Positions 27,541 to 37,327 of a stretch of DNA of 64,000 bases are shown in pieces. Each line of letters starts with the position of its first letter. The first letter of the stretch is position 1. The translations under genes and the position numbers were made by a program. The notes under the pieces were generated by a model. That model did no database searches. It was given only the letters and a program-made list of their open reading frames with translations, and was not told the DNA's origin. This DNA is from Alphaproteobacteria bacterium. GTDB taxonomy: Bacteria > Pseudomonadota > Alphaproteobacteria > JANQMY01. The stretch is from assembly GCA_965228775.1 (NCBI GenBank), contig OZ245840.1, positions 4,739-68,738 of the forward strand, given 5' to 3'.

Positions 27541-28230
27541 GTGACTTCTATGTCAATCGCAAAGATTGCGTCCAATTATGACGATAAGAAATCGATCGGA
27601 AGTCGTTTCAGATCCGCCCGTATTCAACCTTTTCTGGACCTTGTTCAGCATTATTTCGATGCGAATGGTAAAGTTCGGATCATTGATGTGGGGGGGATGC
27701 GGAACTATTGGAACATCGTGCCGGATGGATTTCTGCAGGACAGGAACGCGGAAGTAACGATCGTCAATCTGCCCGGCGAGCATCAGCCCCTTAACGATGC
27801 CACCTTTACCTTTGTTACAGGCGATGCCTGTAACCTACAGGAATATAAAGATAATCAGTTTGACATTGCCCATTCCAACTCGGTTGTTGAGCATGTGGGC
27901 GACTGGCAAAAAATGAAAAGCTATGGGGCAGAGATCCGCCGGGTCGCAAAGTCCTATTTTGTCCAGACGCCAAGCTATTGGTTTCCGATCGAACCTCACT
28001 TCATGCGCCCATTCTTTCATTGGCTTCCCAAGCCCATTCGAGTCTCATGGGTGAAGAGTACGGCCGTCGGTCATTTCCCGAAGGCAGAAACCGTTGACGA
28101 GGCGGTGGCAACGGTGGAAAGCGCGCGCCTGTTGGACAAAAAAATGTTTGTGGAATTGTTCCCAGACGGCGAGCTCATTCGTGAGCGAGTCGCGTTTCTA
28201 ACAAAGTCTTACATCGTGGTTAGAAAGTAG
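27541..28230 (+). CDS. Class I SAM-dependent methyltransferase
   Basis: Motif I-like VRIIDVGGMRNYW and the acidic-loop and DAC motifs (…FVTGDACNL…, …FDIAHSNSVVEHV). GTG at 27541 with a GAGAGG sequence 8 nt upstream. Confidence 0.6.
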   Translation: MTSMSIAKIASNYDDKKSIGSRFRSARIQPFLDLVQHYFDANGKVRIIDVGGMRNYWNIVPDGFLQDRNAEVTIVNLPGEHQPLNDATFTFVTGDACNLQEYKDNQFDIAHSNSVVEHVGDWQKMKSYGAEIRRVAKSYFVQTPSYWFPIEPHFMRPFFHWLPKPIRVSWVKSTAVGHFPKAETVDEAVATVESARLLDKKMFVELFPDGELIRERVAFLTKSYIVVRK

Positions 28231-28382
28231 GTCCTGATAGGACGCAGGAGGCCAGGGCGTCTGACGAATCACGTTGGTTTGCCGTTAAATAAGTATTCTC
28301 ATAAGCCTGTTAAGTATCAGGTTGATTTTTGGTCAGGCGGTCGCATCGCCTGCATTTGAAGTGCTCTAAGTGGTGGATTGGA

Positions 28383-29381
28383 ATGTCCCTCAATCAGTCA
28401 GATGAAAATCTCAGCATGTCGGAACCAAAAGAGTCCGGACTTTGGTCGAATTTGAAGCCCTACATCTCGATAGCGCGGCCAGACCATTGGTTTAAGAACG
28501 TATTCGTGCTGCCTGGTGTAGCCTTGGGGATTTTGATTAGCGATCATCTGACCTTGGTGGATATCTCCAATACGATTTTGTGTTTGATATCTGTTTGTCT
28601 GGTGGCTTCTGCCAATTACACGATCAATGAATGGCTAGACGCAGAATTCGACCGCCACCACCCGGTCAAGAAAGACAGACCCTCCGTTGGCGGACAGATC
28701 AAAGCCAATTTTGTCTATATCCAATATGCCATTCTCAGTGTCATAGGACTGGCTCTTGCGTATGCAGCGTCACTCAGCGCGTTTTACACGATGCTGTTTT
28801 TGCTCATTATGGGGCTGATCTACAACGTGCCGCCGGTGCGAAGCAAAGACCGGGCTTATGTGGACGTATTGAGTGAGTCGATCAACAATCCCATCAGGTT
28901 TATGTTGGGATGGTTCGCCATTGTCGACAGTGTACTACCGCCTTCGAGTATCTTGCTCGCTTACTGGATGGGCGGTGCGTTTCTGATGGGGGCCAAAAGG
29001 CTATCGGAATATCGCTTCATTGACGATCCGGATCGCGCGGGGCTCTACCGTAAATCGTTCCAGTTTTACAATGAGCAGCGCTTATTGCTGTCGGTTGTGT
29101 TCTACGCACTGATGTCGGCATTCTTCTTCGGCGTTTTCTTGATCAAATACCGGATTGAGCTGCTTCTGGTCAGCCCGGCGCTCGCCCTTCTTTTTGCCTG
29201 GTATTTGCAGATTGCCCTCAAGCCACGCTCGACGGCACAAGCGCCCGAGAAGCTCTACAAGGAGAAAGGATTTATGGCCTTCCTTGTGTTCCTCTGCGCA
29301 TTGATTGGTGTCTTGCTTTTCATCGACCTGCCGTGGCTGCAGTTCCTGGTTGACTACACCGTCATCGGGTCGGGAGAGTGA
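28383..29381 (+). CDS. UbiA-superfamily prenyltransferase resembling decaprenyl-phosphate 5-phosphoribosyltransferase (DPPR synthase)
   Basis: N-terminal IARPDHWFKNVFVLPGVALG, then NEWLDAEFDRHHPVKKDRPSVGG (NDxxDxxxDxxHPxKxxRPxxxG-type motif) and a second Asp-rich motif. 8-9 TM helices. Confidence 0.65.
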   Translation: MSLNQSDENLSMSEPKESGLWSNLKPYISIARPDHWFKNVFVLPGVALGILISDHLTLVDISNTILCLISVCLVASANYTINEWLDAEFDRHHPVKKDRPSVGGQIKANFVYIQYAILSVIGLALAYAASLSAFYTMLFLLIMGLIYNVPPVRSKDRAYVDVLSESINNPIRFMLGWFAIVDSVLPPSSILLAYWMGGAFLMGAKRLSEYRFIDDPDRAGLYRKSFQFYNEQRLLLSVVFYALMSAFFFGVFLIKYRIELLLVSPALALLFAWYLQIALKPRSTAQAPEKLYKEKGFMAFLVFLCALIGVLLFIDLPWLQFLVDYTVIGSGE

Positions 29382-29480
29382 TCGGCAAAAAATATGGTTG
29401 TGCACAGCCCATCCGATCAATAAGTATGGGCTCTATAACACCAGGACGGGAGAGGGGCGACGGAACGCCAAGAGTCGATT

Positions 29481-30443
29481 GTGACGATACAACAAGAGAA
29501 TAACGAACCGGTCGTCTCTGTTGTTCTGCCGGCTTTCAATGTGTCCCAGTTCATTCACCATTCGATTAAATCGGTTTGTGAACAGACACTCGAAAACATA
29601 GAGATTCTGATTGTCGACGATGGCTCCAGCGATGGAACGCGTGAGGCCATTATGGAGCTTGCCAAGACCGACCCTCGTATCAAGCCTCTATATCATTCGG
29701 AGAATAGGGGGGTTAGCGCCGCCCGAAACACGGCGATTGAAGCTGCCCGGGGTAAGTGGATTGCATTGGTGGATCCAGATGACTGGATCGCACCAAATCG
29801 GCTGGAGATTTTGGTTCATCTGGCCGAGAAGTATGAAGCCGATGCCATCGGGGATGACCAGCATTTCATCGCATCCGAAGGTGATGAGCCGTTCGGGCGG
29901 CTCATGTCGGAGGATTGCGAGGGCGTATGGCAGCTCACTCCGGCTGACTTTATCGAACATGATCAGCCGGAAATTATTGGCTATGGCGTCCTGAAAATGG
30001 TTATCCGACGCTCGTTCATTCTTGAAAAGAAACTACGATACCGGACGGATTGTGCCCGCGGCGAAGATTGCCTGTTTTACTGCGAGTGCTTTGCCAATGG
30101 TGCCAAGATCTACTTGACCGCTCAGCCATTCTATTACTACCGGGTGAACCGGGAAGGATCCGCGACGAATTTAACGGCGGGACTACCGGCCATTCTGAGT
30201 GTTCAGCAGGTCCACGAGGAAGCGAAGATCATTTTCGACAGTCTTGATGATCCCGACCTTAAGGATGCATTGGAGGAAAGAGAACGTGTGATTGCCGAAT
30301 GCGTGCAATACCGTAATGTCGTTACGCCACTGAAGAACCGGCAATTTCTCAAAGCGCTTTCTCAGGCGTTAAGCAAGCCAGCCTACATTCCGCCCGTTCT
30401 GCGACGGTCTTTCAATGCTGCTTGGGCACGGCTTCAGAGCTAG
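29481..30443 (+). CDS. GT2-family glycosyltransferase (paralog B)
   Basis: VSVVLPAFNVSQFIHHSIKSVCEQTLENIEILIVDDGSSDGT … GVSAARNTAIEAARGKWIALVDPDDW. GTG start. Clear paralog of 25067..26089 on the opposite strand. Confidence 0.85.
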   Translation: MTIQQENNEPVVSVVLPAFNVSQFIHHSIKSVCEQTLENIEILIVDDGSSDGTREAIMELAKTDPRIKPLYHSENRGVSAARNTAIEAARGKWIALVDPDDWIAPNRLEILVHLAEKYEADAIGDDQHFIASEGDEPFGRLMSEDCEGVWQLTPADFIEHDQPEIIGYGVLKMVIRRSFILEKKLRYRTDCARGEDCLFYCECFANGAKIYLTAQPFYYYRVNREGSATNLTAGLPAILSVQQVHEEAKIIFDSLDDPDLKDALEERERVIAECVQYRNVVTPLKNRQFLKALSQALSKPAYIPPVLRRSFNAAWARLQS

Positions 30444-30481
30444 AGCTGACGCGCAAAAGTCGACCCCACAAGAGCGCTCCA

Positions 30482-32014
30482 TTAGGTCAGCGTCGCAAGA
30501 TGGTCCGCAAGACGTAGAGACAACTGAACGATTGTGTATGTCGGATTGGCGTGGCCCCCGGTTCTGAACACGCTTGAGCCCGCCATGTATAGGTTCTCCG
30601 TTCCGAAAACCTTGCAGTTCGCATCGACGACGCCGTCTTGGGCGGAAAGTCCCATGCGTGTTGTGCCCATGTGATGGTGACCGCCGACCTCATGTCCGCC
30701 GTCGGACAAATCCGGCAAATCGGCATCATCCGTGAGAAGCCAGTCGTGCAGCTTGATCCGTCCAAAGTCCGTTCGCGCGAACATTTTGCCACATTCCAGC
30801 GCCGGTTTAGCTAAAGCGTCTTTGTCGAGCTTGGTCGTCTCCCAATTAAGGGAGATACGCCGCATGCCCAAGGCATCCACATCGTCGGCCAAGGTTACGC
30901 GGCTTGAAGGATTGGGAACTTGTTCGCTGGCGGCATCTATAAGTCCGATCGTGTCAACCGATAAAGGCAGGTGTTTGCGGCAATAGACGTCTGCGACGAA
31001 TGTCTCGTAGAGATAGGTAAGGGTAGAGCTGTCACAGATTCGGTGCTTCACCCATTTCTTGGTGGATTCATTGGCTTCCTGATCCCGCACATAAGTTTCG
31101 ATGCCGAAGACCCTGAGTGCACAGTTAGGAATACCCGCCGTTCGAATGAACTCACGTGTGGGGGCAATGAAGTTCTTTTCCTTTGAAACAATATGTCTGA
31201 GCCCACTTTGGTCGACCGTCTGGGGCGCGATGACATAGTTGCCTAACTCGTAGATCAGGTGCTCCATGAAATAGCGGCCAACCTGATCGCCATCATTGCC
31301 AAGACCATTGGGGAGTTGCTTGTTGGCGTTGAGAAGGAAGCGAGGGTTCTCAAGTCCGCCCATGGCGATCACAAAACGCTTGGCCCGCGCCTCTGATTCA
31401 GGAGAGCCAGCCCCGTAACTTCGTACCGTGAGAGATGTTACCTGCCCGGTTTCGGTATCTAGCTTTGCATCGGTGACATTGGCGTTGATCACCAAGTCGA
31501 TGCTTTTGGAAGAACGCAGTTCGCCCAAATATTTTTCGCCAAACCGAACCGTACTGTACAGAAACTCAATATCGATTAAATGTCCGTTTGACTGTTCGTA
31601 TACGGATACATCGGGAAATTCGTCGATCTCGAGAATGCTGGAGGTTTCAGATTGATACCCCTTCACATCGTCATAGCTGATTGCCCAACCGGAATCCGGG
31701 ATTGCTGGATTCTTTTCGAAGTCATAAGGATCTAGAGGGCGGCACCAGCCGGCCCAGTGGTTGGACGTGCCCCCAAGATAGCGGAGCCGCGTGATATCAA
31801 GGTCGAAATATTCCTTACCCGTCTGTACACCTTGGTAGAGCTCTTGGGATTCGTCGGAATAATCGAGCCCGCCACCTTCTAGCAGCAAAACGCGTTTGCC
31901 TTTTTCAGCCAGCTTGCGCGCGATCGTGATGCCGGCCACGCCGCCCCCAGCGATGCAAACATCATACAGGTCGTTGTTCGGAAGCGATGAGGTAGTTGAT
32001 AAATCAAAAAGCAT
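30482..32014 (-). CDS. GMC-family FAD-dependent oxidoreductase (paralog 1)
   Basis: N-terminal Rossmann fold DVCIAGGGVAGITIARKLAEKGKRVLLLEGG. C-terminal GMC signature …GGHHHMGTTRMG…VVDANCKVFGTENLYMAGSSVFRTGGHANPTYTIVQLSLRLADHL. The start is taken at MLFDL; the track ORF extends to 32053 with a non-ATG start. Confidence 0.8.
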   Translation of the reverse strand: MLFDLSTTSSLPNNDLYDVCIAGGGVAGITIARKLAEKGKRVLLLEGGGLDYSDESQELYQGVQTGKEYFDLDITRLRYLGGTSNHWAGWCRPLDPYDFEKNPAIPDSGWAISYDDVKGYQSETSSILEIDEFPDVSVYEQSNGHLIDIEFLYSTVRFGEKYLGELRSSKSIDLVINANVTDAKLDTETGQVTSLTVRSYGAGSPESEARAKRFVIAMGGLENPRFLLNANKQLPNGLGNDGDQVGRYFMEHLIYELGNYVIAPQTVDQSGLRHIVSKEKNFIAPTREFIRTAGIPNCALRVFGIETYVRDQEANESTKKWVKHRICDSSTLTYLYETFVADVYCRKHLPLSVDTIGLIDAASEQVPNPSSRVTLADDVDALGMRRISLNWETTKLDKDALAKPALECGKMFARTDFGRIKLHDWLLTDDADLPDLSDGGHEVGGHHHMGTTRMGLSAQDGVVDANCKVFGTENLYMAGSSVFRTGGHANPTYTIVQLSLRLADHLATLT

Positions 32015-32390
32015 ATTGCTTACGCACCCAGGTCTTCTTTCTTCAAAACCCAACCGTTGATCACGATGAATTCTTCGTCTTCCAAGATTTTCACAAAATG
32101 GATCTTATGAAGAAGAGTGATCAGACCAAGCGACGAACACAGTCGAAGAAAGTGCCTTCGAGATTGACTAAGCATACTATTTCATTCCGTTCTGATTGGC
32201 CGGGTGAGCTGCGTAAAGATAGAAAAACCTGATAAAAGTAGTCTTAAACTAAGTGATTTCTTTGGCGTGCGGCAAGGCCGACTTGGACGGTTTCACCTAC
32301 ATCACAGCGCCAAACGAGATCTCTTAGATAGACATATGAAACAATATCAACAAGTTTAAATGAAGCTTTTGTTTCAGACTTACTTAGGTC

Positions 32391-32426
32391 GACCCATTTT
32401 CATTTGACATTTTTGGTAAATGGGTC
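32391..32426. promoter_or_regulatory. Perfect 9-bp inverted repeat (GACCCATTT-N18-AAATGGGTC) spanning a TTGACA hexamer. Candidate operator or promoter upstream of the radical SAM gene
   Basis: Read directly: gacccattttcatttgacatttttggtaaatgggtc, about 90 bp upstream of the 32518 start. Confidence 0.25.
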
Positions 32427-32517
32427 ATCGTTCCCGTAATAGTTCTATTGGATTTGGAGTAATACTATCAGTTCTTGAGTGCCGATTAGATATTGTTTGA
32501 TCAACGGAGGGGAGACC

Positions 32518-34134
32518 GTGGGCAAAGCACTCGTCATTAACCCAAGTTACTTCCGAACATATGGCTCGAATGAGGGCGGTATTGCCTTTCCAGTCTATCC
32601 GATCTTGAGCCTTTCCGCTGTGGCTGGTGCTATCAAAGCGCGTGGCCATGACGTGAAGATCGTCGACCTCTCGTACCGCCGGTATGAACCGGACTACATC
32701 AGAGAACTTATCGAGACAGAAAAACCGGATCTGGTTGGTGTAACGGCCACAACGCCGCTCGCAAACCAGATGAGAGATATTTCCTACCTCGTCAAAGACA
32801 TCTCCGAAGACATCATTACGGTTGCTGGTGGCGCGCACCCATCTGCGCTTCCCTACGAGACGATGGAGCAATCCGCCCTCGATGCCATCGTGAGTGGTGA
32901 GGGTGACTTCGTGGCGGCAGATCTGCTGGACGGCAAACGTATGGCCGACATTCCAGGCCTTTACTGGCGGGATGGGGAGGAAATCAAGGTCAACACACCG
33001 GGGGGCCTTATGCCCAATTTGGATGATCTGCCAATTCCTGCTTGGGAAGATTATCCAATTGAATGTAATGAGCGGGTCACCAAGATTATCGCGCGGCACC
33101 GTCCCGTGACGACGATTGAATTTTCACGCGGCTGTGTTTTCAAATGCGACTTCTGTGGAAGCAAGAATACGATGGGGCTTGGATACCGCAAAAAGTCTCC
33201 TGAGCGGTGTGCTGACGAAGTTGAGCTATTGCAGAAACTTGGCTACCGCGAGCTCGTTCTCGTGGACGATATTTTCACGAGCGATAACAATTGGGCAGCA
33301 CAGGTATGCGAAGAGTTCATTCGCCGCGATTTGAAAATGGCGTGGACGTGTACGAACGGTATCCGGGTAGATAGTGCCAACCCCGAGCTGTTTAATCTCA
33401 TGAAGCGGGCAGGGTGTTACCGGGTCTATTTCGGTTTTGAAAGCGGCAATGACCAAGTCCTTCAGGCATTCGGAAAAGGTGGCAAAGCAACCCTGGAGAA
33501 GGGGATTACGGCGGTTGAGATGGCGCGGGAAGCTGGTCTTGAGCCGAATGGTTTTTTCATGGTGGGGCTGACGGGCGACACCGAAGAAACCATGCAGGAC
33601 ACGATCAACTATGCGAAGAAGGTTCGCCTGGAAACGATGAAATGTGGCATGACCACGCCGTTTCCCGGTACCCCTAGTTTCAATGCATTGCGGGAGAAGG
33701 GCCGCATTAAGACTCTCGATTGGGATCAGTACACTGTCTATAACAGTGCCGAAAATATCTACGATCATCCCAACCTGGACTGGGATACGATCAAGAAATA
33801 CTTCAAGAAATTCTATGCGGAAGCCTATTTCGGCAATCCGGCCTACATTTATCGTCGTCTCAAGTTTGTTCTAAAGAACAATGAGATCCTGTGGAACGTA
33901 TACTACACACTAAAGTTTTTCATCATGCTTTGGGGCAAAGAGAAAGGACCCCAGGAAGAACAATATGCGTTCGAGGACAAATGGCGGCCGCTGGACTTAA
34001 AGATCGACTCTGAATTGCGTCATTATGCGGTCCCGCAGGCAAAAGGAGCGGCCTCGCGGAAGTCGGTTCTGGATAAAGAACGACAACCCGCCGGACGAAC
34101 CGTCTACTCCGCGTATCAGAGTGGAGCAAGCTGA
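32518..34134 (+). CDS. B12-binding (cobalamin) radical SAM enzyme (class B radical SAM, probable methyltransferase or related)
   Basis: N-terminal B12-binding-like domain (…DLVGVTATTPLANQMRDISYLVKDI…). Radical SAM cluster motif RGCVFKCDFCGS (CxxxCxxC). GTG start at 32518 with a GGAGGGG sequence upstream. Confidence 0.75.
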   Translation: MGKALVINPSYFRTYGSNEGGIAFPVYPILSLSAVAGAIKARGHDVKIVDLSYRRYEPDYIRELIETEKPDLVGVTATTPLANQMRDISYLVKDISEDIITVAGGAHPSALPYETMEQSALDAIVSGEGDFVAADLLDGKRMADIPGLYWRDGEEIKVNTPGGLMPNLDDLPIPAWEDYPIECNERVTKIIARHRPVTTIEFSRGCVFKCDFCGSKNTMGLGYRKKSPERCADEVELLQKLGYRELVLVDDIFTSDNNWAAQVCEEFIRRDLKMAWTCTNGIRVDSANPELFNLMKRAGCYRVYFGFESGNDQVLQAFGKGGKATLEKGITAVEMAREAGLEPNGFFMVGLTGDTEETMQDTINYAKKVRLETMKCGMTTPFPGTPSFNALREKGRIKTLDWDQYTVYNSAENIYDHPNLDWDTIKKYFKKFYAEAYFGNPAYIYRRLKFVLKNNEILWNVYYTLKFFIMLWGKEKGPQEEQYAFEDKWRPLDLKIDSELRHYAVPQAKGAASRKSVLDKERQPAGRTVYSAYQSGAS

Positions 34135-34145
34135 CGCCGCTTGTA

Positions 34146-35567
34146 TCAGGACTCGGACTGCGCGGCAGTGGGATTAGGGCTTGAGCTTTTACTCAAATGC
34201 CGCCGTGCCATCTCAAAGACAAGAACGATGGATACGGCTACCATGATGCTGATCATAGGTTCGATCGGCTGCCGATACCGGTAGTAGTACGGTGTGATGA
34301 TGGCAAACGGCGCCATAAAGCCGGCAACAAGAATGGTCGCGGGCCATAATGGTGCGTATCTCAGAGTTAGAAGCGTCCCGGCGACCAGTCCGAAGTATGT
34401 GACGAGCCCCACCGCGATGGACAATAGTTCCGTATAAGGAACAGGGAACTTTACGCGCATGATAAACGCGTTCACCTTAAAGAAGGCCAGTTGCATTGCA
34501 GTGACCGGGCGTTCCAGAAGAAAATGACGCGCTTTACTGAAAAGCCACTTGTCCCGGACCGCCTCATTCAGCTCCTGTGTGTGGTCGATTTGCGTATCGA
34601 TTATTTCTTCCTGCCAACCTTCAAGCTGGGCGAGGGGCCTGATACCCTGTTTGCCGATAATACTGCGAATGGCATCGCCAGGACCGTTGGAAGTCCACGG
34701 AACCGGAATTTCGGTCTTGGCCAAATCATCATTTGAGTATGTGCTTGCAGCTCCAATGGTGCCAATCCACGCGACTTGTCCGATCCCATTCCGCACCGGG
34801 ACGAATTCGCCGAAAGCGATGTAATTTCTAATCGTCCACGGAGAAATAATAGCGGCCGCTAAAACAACGACGGCTGCGGTATGGATAAGGGAAGACTGTG
34901 AAAACCTCCCGCTGACAACAAGGTACGCCGCGATAAAGGGAATGAATATGATGGTGCTTCCCCAGGTTAGGGCCGATACACCTAATAGGCCGCCCAAAAC
35001 AATCGCTCTCCTGACGGTGAGTTCATTTCCGTAATGCACCAGCCAATAGGCTATCAAAGCGATCCAGAGTGTCGCTATCGGCGCTGCATTGATGGTGGTG
35101 GCGTGATGTTTTGTTGCGACAAGGAGGAAGCCAAAGGCAATCAGTCCAGCCCAGGGGCCAGCAATGCGGCGGGCCGTAAGGGCCGTTAAAACGGCCGCGG
35201 CGCAAAAGAAGCCTAGATGGAGCAAGCGGATGATAATGCGGCTGGTTTCCTCGCCAAAAAGGGCAATAAGGCTGCCATATAGAAGGGAAAACATCGGGTC
35301 CGCCCATGCGGTCACAAGGTAGTCGCCGGCTTGTCTTCCTTCCTCACACAATGGGGTGCATAACCAAGCCCATCTCAAGGGGAAGCTATAGCCTTGTCCT
35401 TCGGCGATCGATCTAGCAATCCAGACAGGTTCGAACCCGACTTCTTTCTGTAAAGTGATGGCGATGAAAATGAGGCCCGCAAACGCGAACAGTGCGATTG
35501 CGGCGCGAATTATGGTGTCGAATTGTTGTTCGACGAAGCGATCCAAAGTCTGAACCACGTCATTCAT
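34146..35567 (-). CDS. GT-C fold membrane glycosyltransferase (ArnT/PMT, GT39/GT83-like)
   Basis: Polytopic membrane protein of about 470 aa with ≥10 TM segments. The N-terminal loop region is typical of polyprenyl-phosphate-sugar-utilising GT-C enzymes. Start chosen at MNDVV (the track ORF extends to 35645). Confidence 0.55.
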   Translation of the reverse strand: MNDVVQTLDRFVEQQFDTIIRAAIALFAFAGLIFIAITLQKEVGFEPVWIARSIAEGQGYSFPLRWAWLCTPLCEEGRQAGDYLVTAWADPMFSLLYGSLIALFGEETSRIIIRLLHLGFFCAAAVLTALTARRIAGPWAGLIAFGFLLVATKHHATTINAAPIATLWIALIAYWLVHYGNELTVRRAIVLGGLLGVSALTWGSTIIFIPFIAAYLVVSGRFSQSSLIHTAAVVVLAAAIISPWTIRNYIAFGEFVPVRNGIGQVAWIGTIGAASTYSNDDLAKTEIPVPWTSNGPGDAIRSIIGKQGIRPLAQLEGWQEEIIDTQIDHTQELNEAVRDKWLFSKARHFLLERPVTAMQLAFFKVNAFIMRVKFPVPYTELLSIAVGLVTYFGLVAGTLLTLRYAPLWPATILVAGFMAPFAIITPYYYRYRQPIEPMISIMVAVSIVLVFEMARRHLSKSSSPNPTAAQSES

Positions 35568-36081
35568 GAGGGGCCAGCTCCTCCTGACGAGACTGTGCCA
35601 TCCCCGGCTTGCCTGTTGTCCTGATCTCTGACCGGTGCTGCGCAAAAACGAACAACTTCATGCCTGTATAGTTGACGAACAATCCAGCAATCGCTCCCAA
35701 TCCCAGTGGAATAATCAGATAGTTCCGCAACAGAGGCACGGTTTCTATCGCGATCGTGTATGCGCCGATATTCGCAACAGCGGCAAGGCAGTTAACGGTG
35801 ACATAACGTGCGAGTTCTTTGGTGCGATCGTCCGATTGGTGGCCGGAAAACGTCCATGACCTGTTCAGCAGCCATGTCACGAGCATGGCGGTTGGAAATG
35901 AAACTGCCCGTGAGAAATAGGGGCCACCGCCTAAAGCGTCCAAAGCCAGCAATAATATGGCGTCTACGGAAAAACCGATTGTGCCTACTACTAAGAAACG
36001 GAAGAACCGTGTCTCCAAGAGTTTTGAGACGATGTCCGTTTCCAATATCTCTCGAAGCCAGGTACGTTGATGGATACTCAT
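35560..36081 (-). CDS. GtrA-family small membrane protein
   Basis: …FFRFLVVGTIGFSVDAILLLAL…NRSWTF… matches the GtrA/PF04138 signature. Four TM helices. Confidence 0.7.
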   Translation of the reverse strand: MSIHQRTWLREILETDIVSKLLETRFFRFLVVGTIGFSVDAILLLALDALGGGPYFSRAVSFPTAMLVTWLLNRSWTFSGHQSDDRTKELARYVTVNCLAAVANIGAYTIAIETVPLLRNYLIIPLGLGAIAGLFVNYTGMKLFVFAQHRSEIRTTGKPGMAQSRQEELAPHE

Positions 36082-36103
36082 GATCTTGTGAATTACTACT
36101 TTG

Positions 36104-37057
36104 CTAAGCCGGTTTCTTGGACGGCGAGATTGTCCGCCGAATACGATTGCGCAATGCATGATATTGATGGCGGAGCCGCCCGTGACGTTCGATGCCGAGA
36201 GCGCATTTCGATAGAATTACACCAAGTTCGCCGGCGCTGATTGCTCGCGCCCAAAGCGCAGAGAACACTCTTTTCACCGTATCTGCTTTGCTTTCTTGCC
36301 AAGCAAATGGGGAAAGAAGTCGTGCCCAGAAGGCGTGCTTCGCCTTGTCGCTCATAATTTTATCTGCTGTGGAAAGAAACAAGCGGCCTCGTTCCAAATC
36401 ATCAACGCGCCCTAATCTCCCGTCGCGGTTGTCGTTATGGTAGACGGTCAGCGGCGCATCAATCAGCAGGTAACGCGCTCCCGAGTTTCCTAAATCAATG
36501 AAAAAATAGTGATCTTCGTATTGACGCAGATTTTCCGGAAACGGATGTTTTTGCGCCAACTTTCGTGAGAGAAAAAAAGAGCTCGCCTGAGCGAATTGTT
36601 TGGACACGTATAAGAATTCGTCAAATGTCTCGCCTTCTTGCACGGAACGCTCCGGGAGGAGCCAGTGGCTGCCATCGTCGAAAATCATCTTGGTGCGCGT
36701 CACGCAAATAGTGTTTTCCGGATCTGCAGTTGCAAGAACACACCTAACCTGTTGCTCCAGCTTTTCCGGCAGCCATTCATCGTCAGAATCCAAGAAAGCG
36801 ATGTAGTCGCCCTTTGCTGCTTCAACGCCCGTGTTCCGAGCAGCGGAAACGCCGCGATTCGTCGGGTGTTGCAGCAGGGTAACTTGGGAGAAGACTTCTA
36901 AAGCCTCCAACGTCGCGCGCAGATCATCGGTCGAACAATCATCGACGACGATGAGTTCCCAATTTTTATAGGTCTGCGACCGTACCTGATTAAGTGTCCG
37001 CTCAATCAAATGGGCACGGTTGAAAACCGGTATGACAACGCTAACGAGCGGGTTCAT
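36104..37057 (-). CDS. GT2-family polyprenyl-phosphate glycosyltransferase-like enzyme (GtrB/ArnC/Dpm1-like)
   Basis: LVSVVIPVFNRAHLIERTLNQVRSQTYKNWELIVVDDCSTDD…GVSAARNTGVEAAKGDYIAFLDSDDEW. Sits directly upstream of the GtrA and GT-C genes on the same strand. Confidence 0.75.
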   Translation of the reverse strand: MNPLVSVVIPVFNRAHLIERTLNQVRSQTYKNWELIVVDDCSTDDLRATLEALEVFSQVTLLQHPTNRGVSAARNTGVEAAKGDYIAFLDSDDEWLPEKLEQQVRCVLATADPENTICVTRTKMIFDDGSHWLLPERSVQEGETFDEFLYVSKQFAQASSFFLSRKLAQKHPFPENLRQYEDHYFFIDLGNSGARYLLIDAPLTVYHNDNRDGRLGRVDDLERGRLFLSTADKIMSDKAKHAFWARLLSPFAWQESKADTVKRVFSALWARAISAGELGVILSKCALGIERHGRLRHQYHALRNRIRRTISPSKKPA

Positions 37058-37327
37058 TGATTAGATCTTTGCAGTTATCGCGTTGGCACAATAATTCAGA
37101 AATCGTTTCAAATTATTCACCGGTTTGGACTTATCCTGCTTTGTCGCTAAGCGGCGCGGGCATCAAATGGGCCCTTCATTAAGCACTAGAGATAGCACAA
37201 AGATTCCGTAATATTTGGGTAATGCTTTGAAAAAGTGAGCAAAACGAAGTATTGCCATCCTGCACGCTTCACAGTGCTTAAGAAAACTTGATTTTACTAT
37301 CGCTCCGGCGGTGGATAATGGGAAAAA

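Noticed and set aside
25067-30443. Inverted GT2 paralogs considered as terminal repeats of a mobile element
   Set aside because: Both are full-length functional-looking genes at only about 55 percent identity. No transposase, integrase or direct repeats are present.
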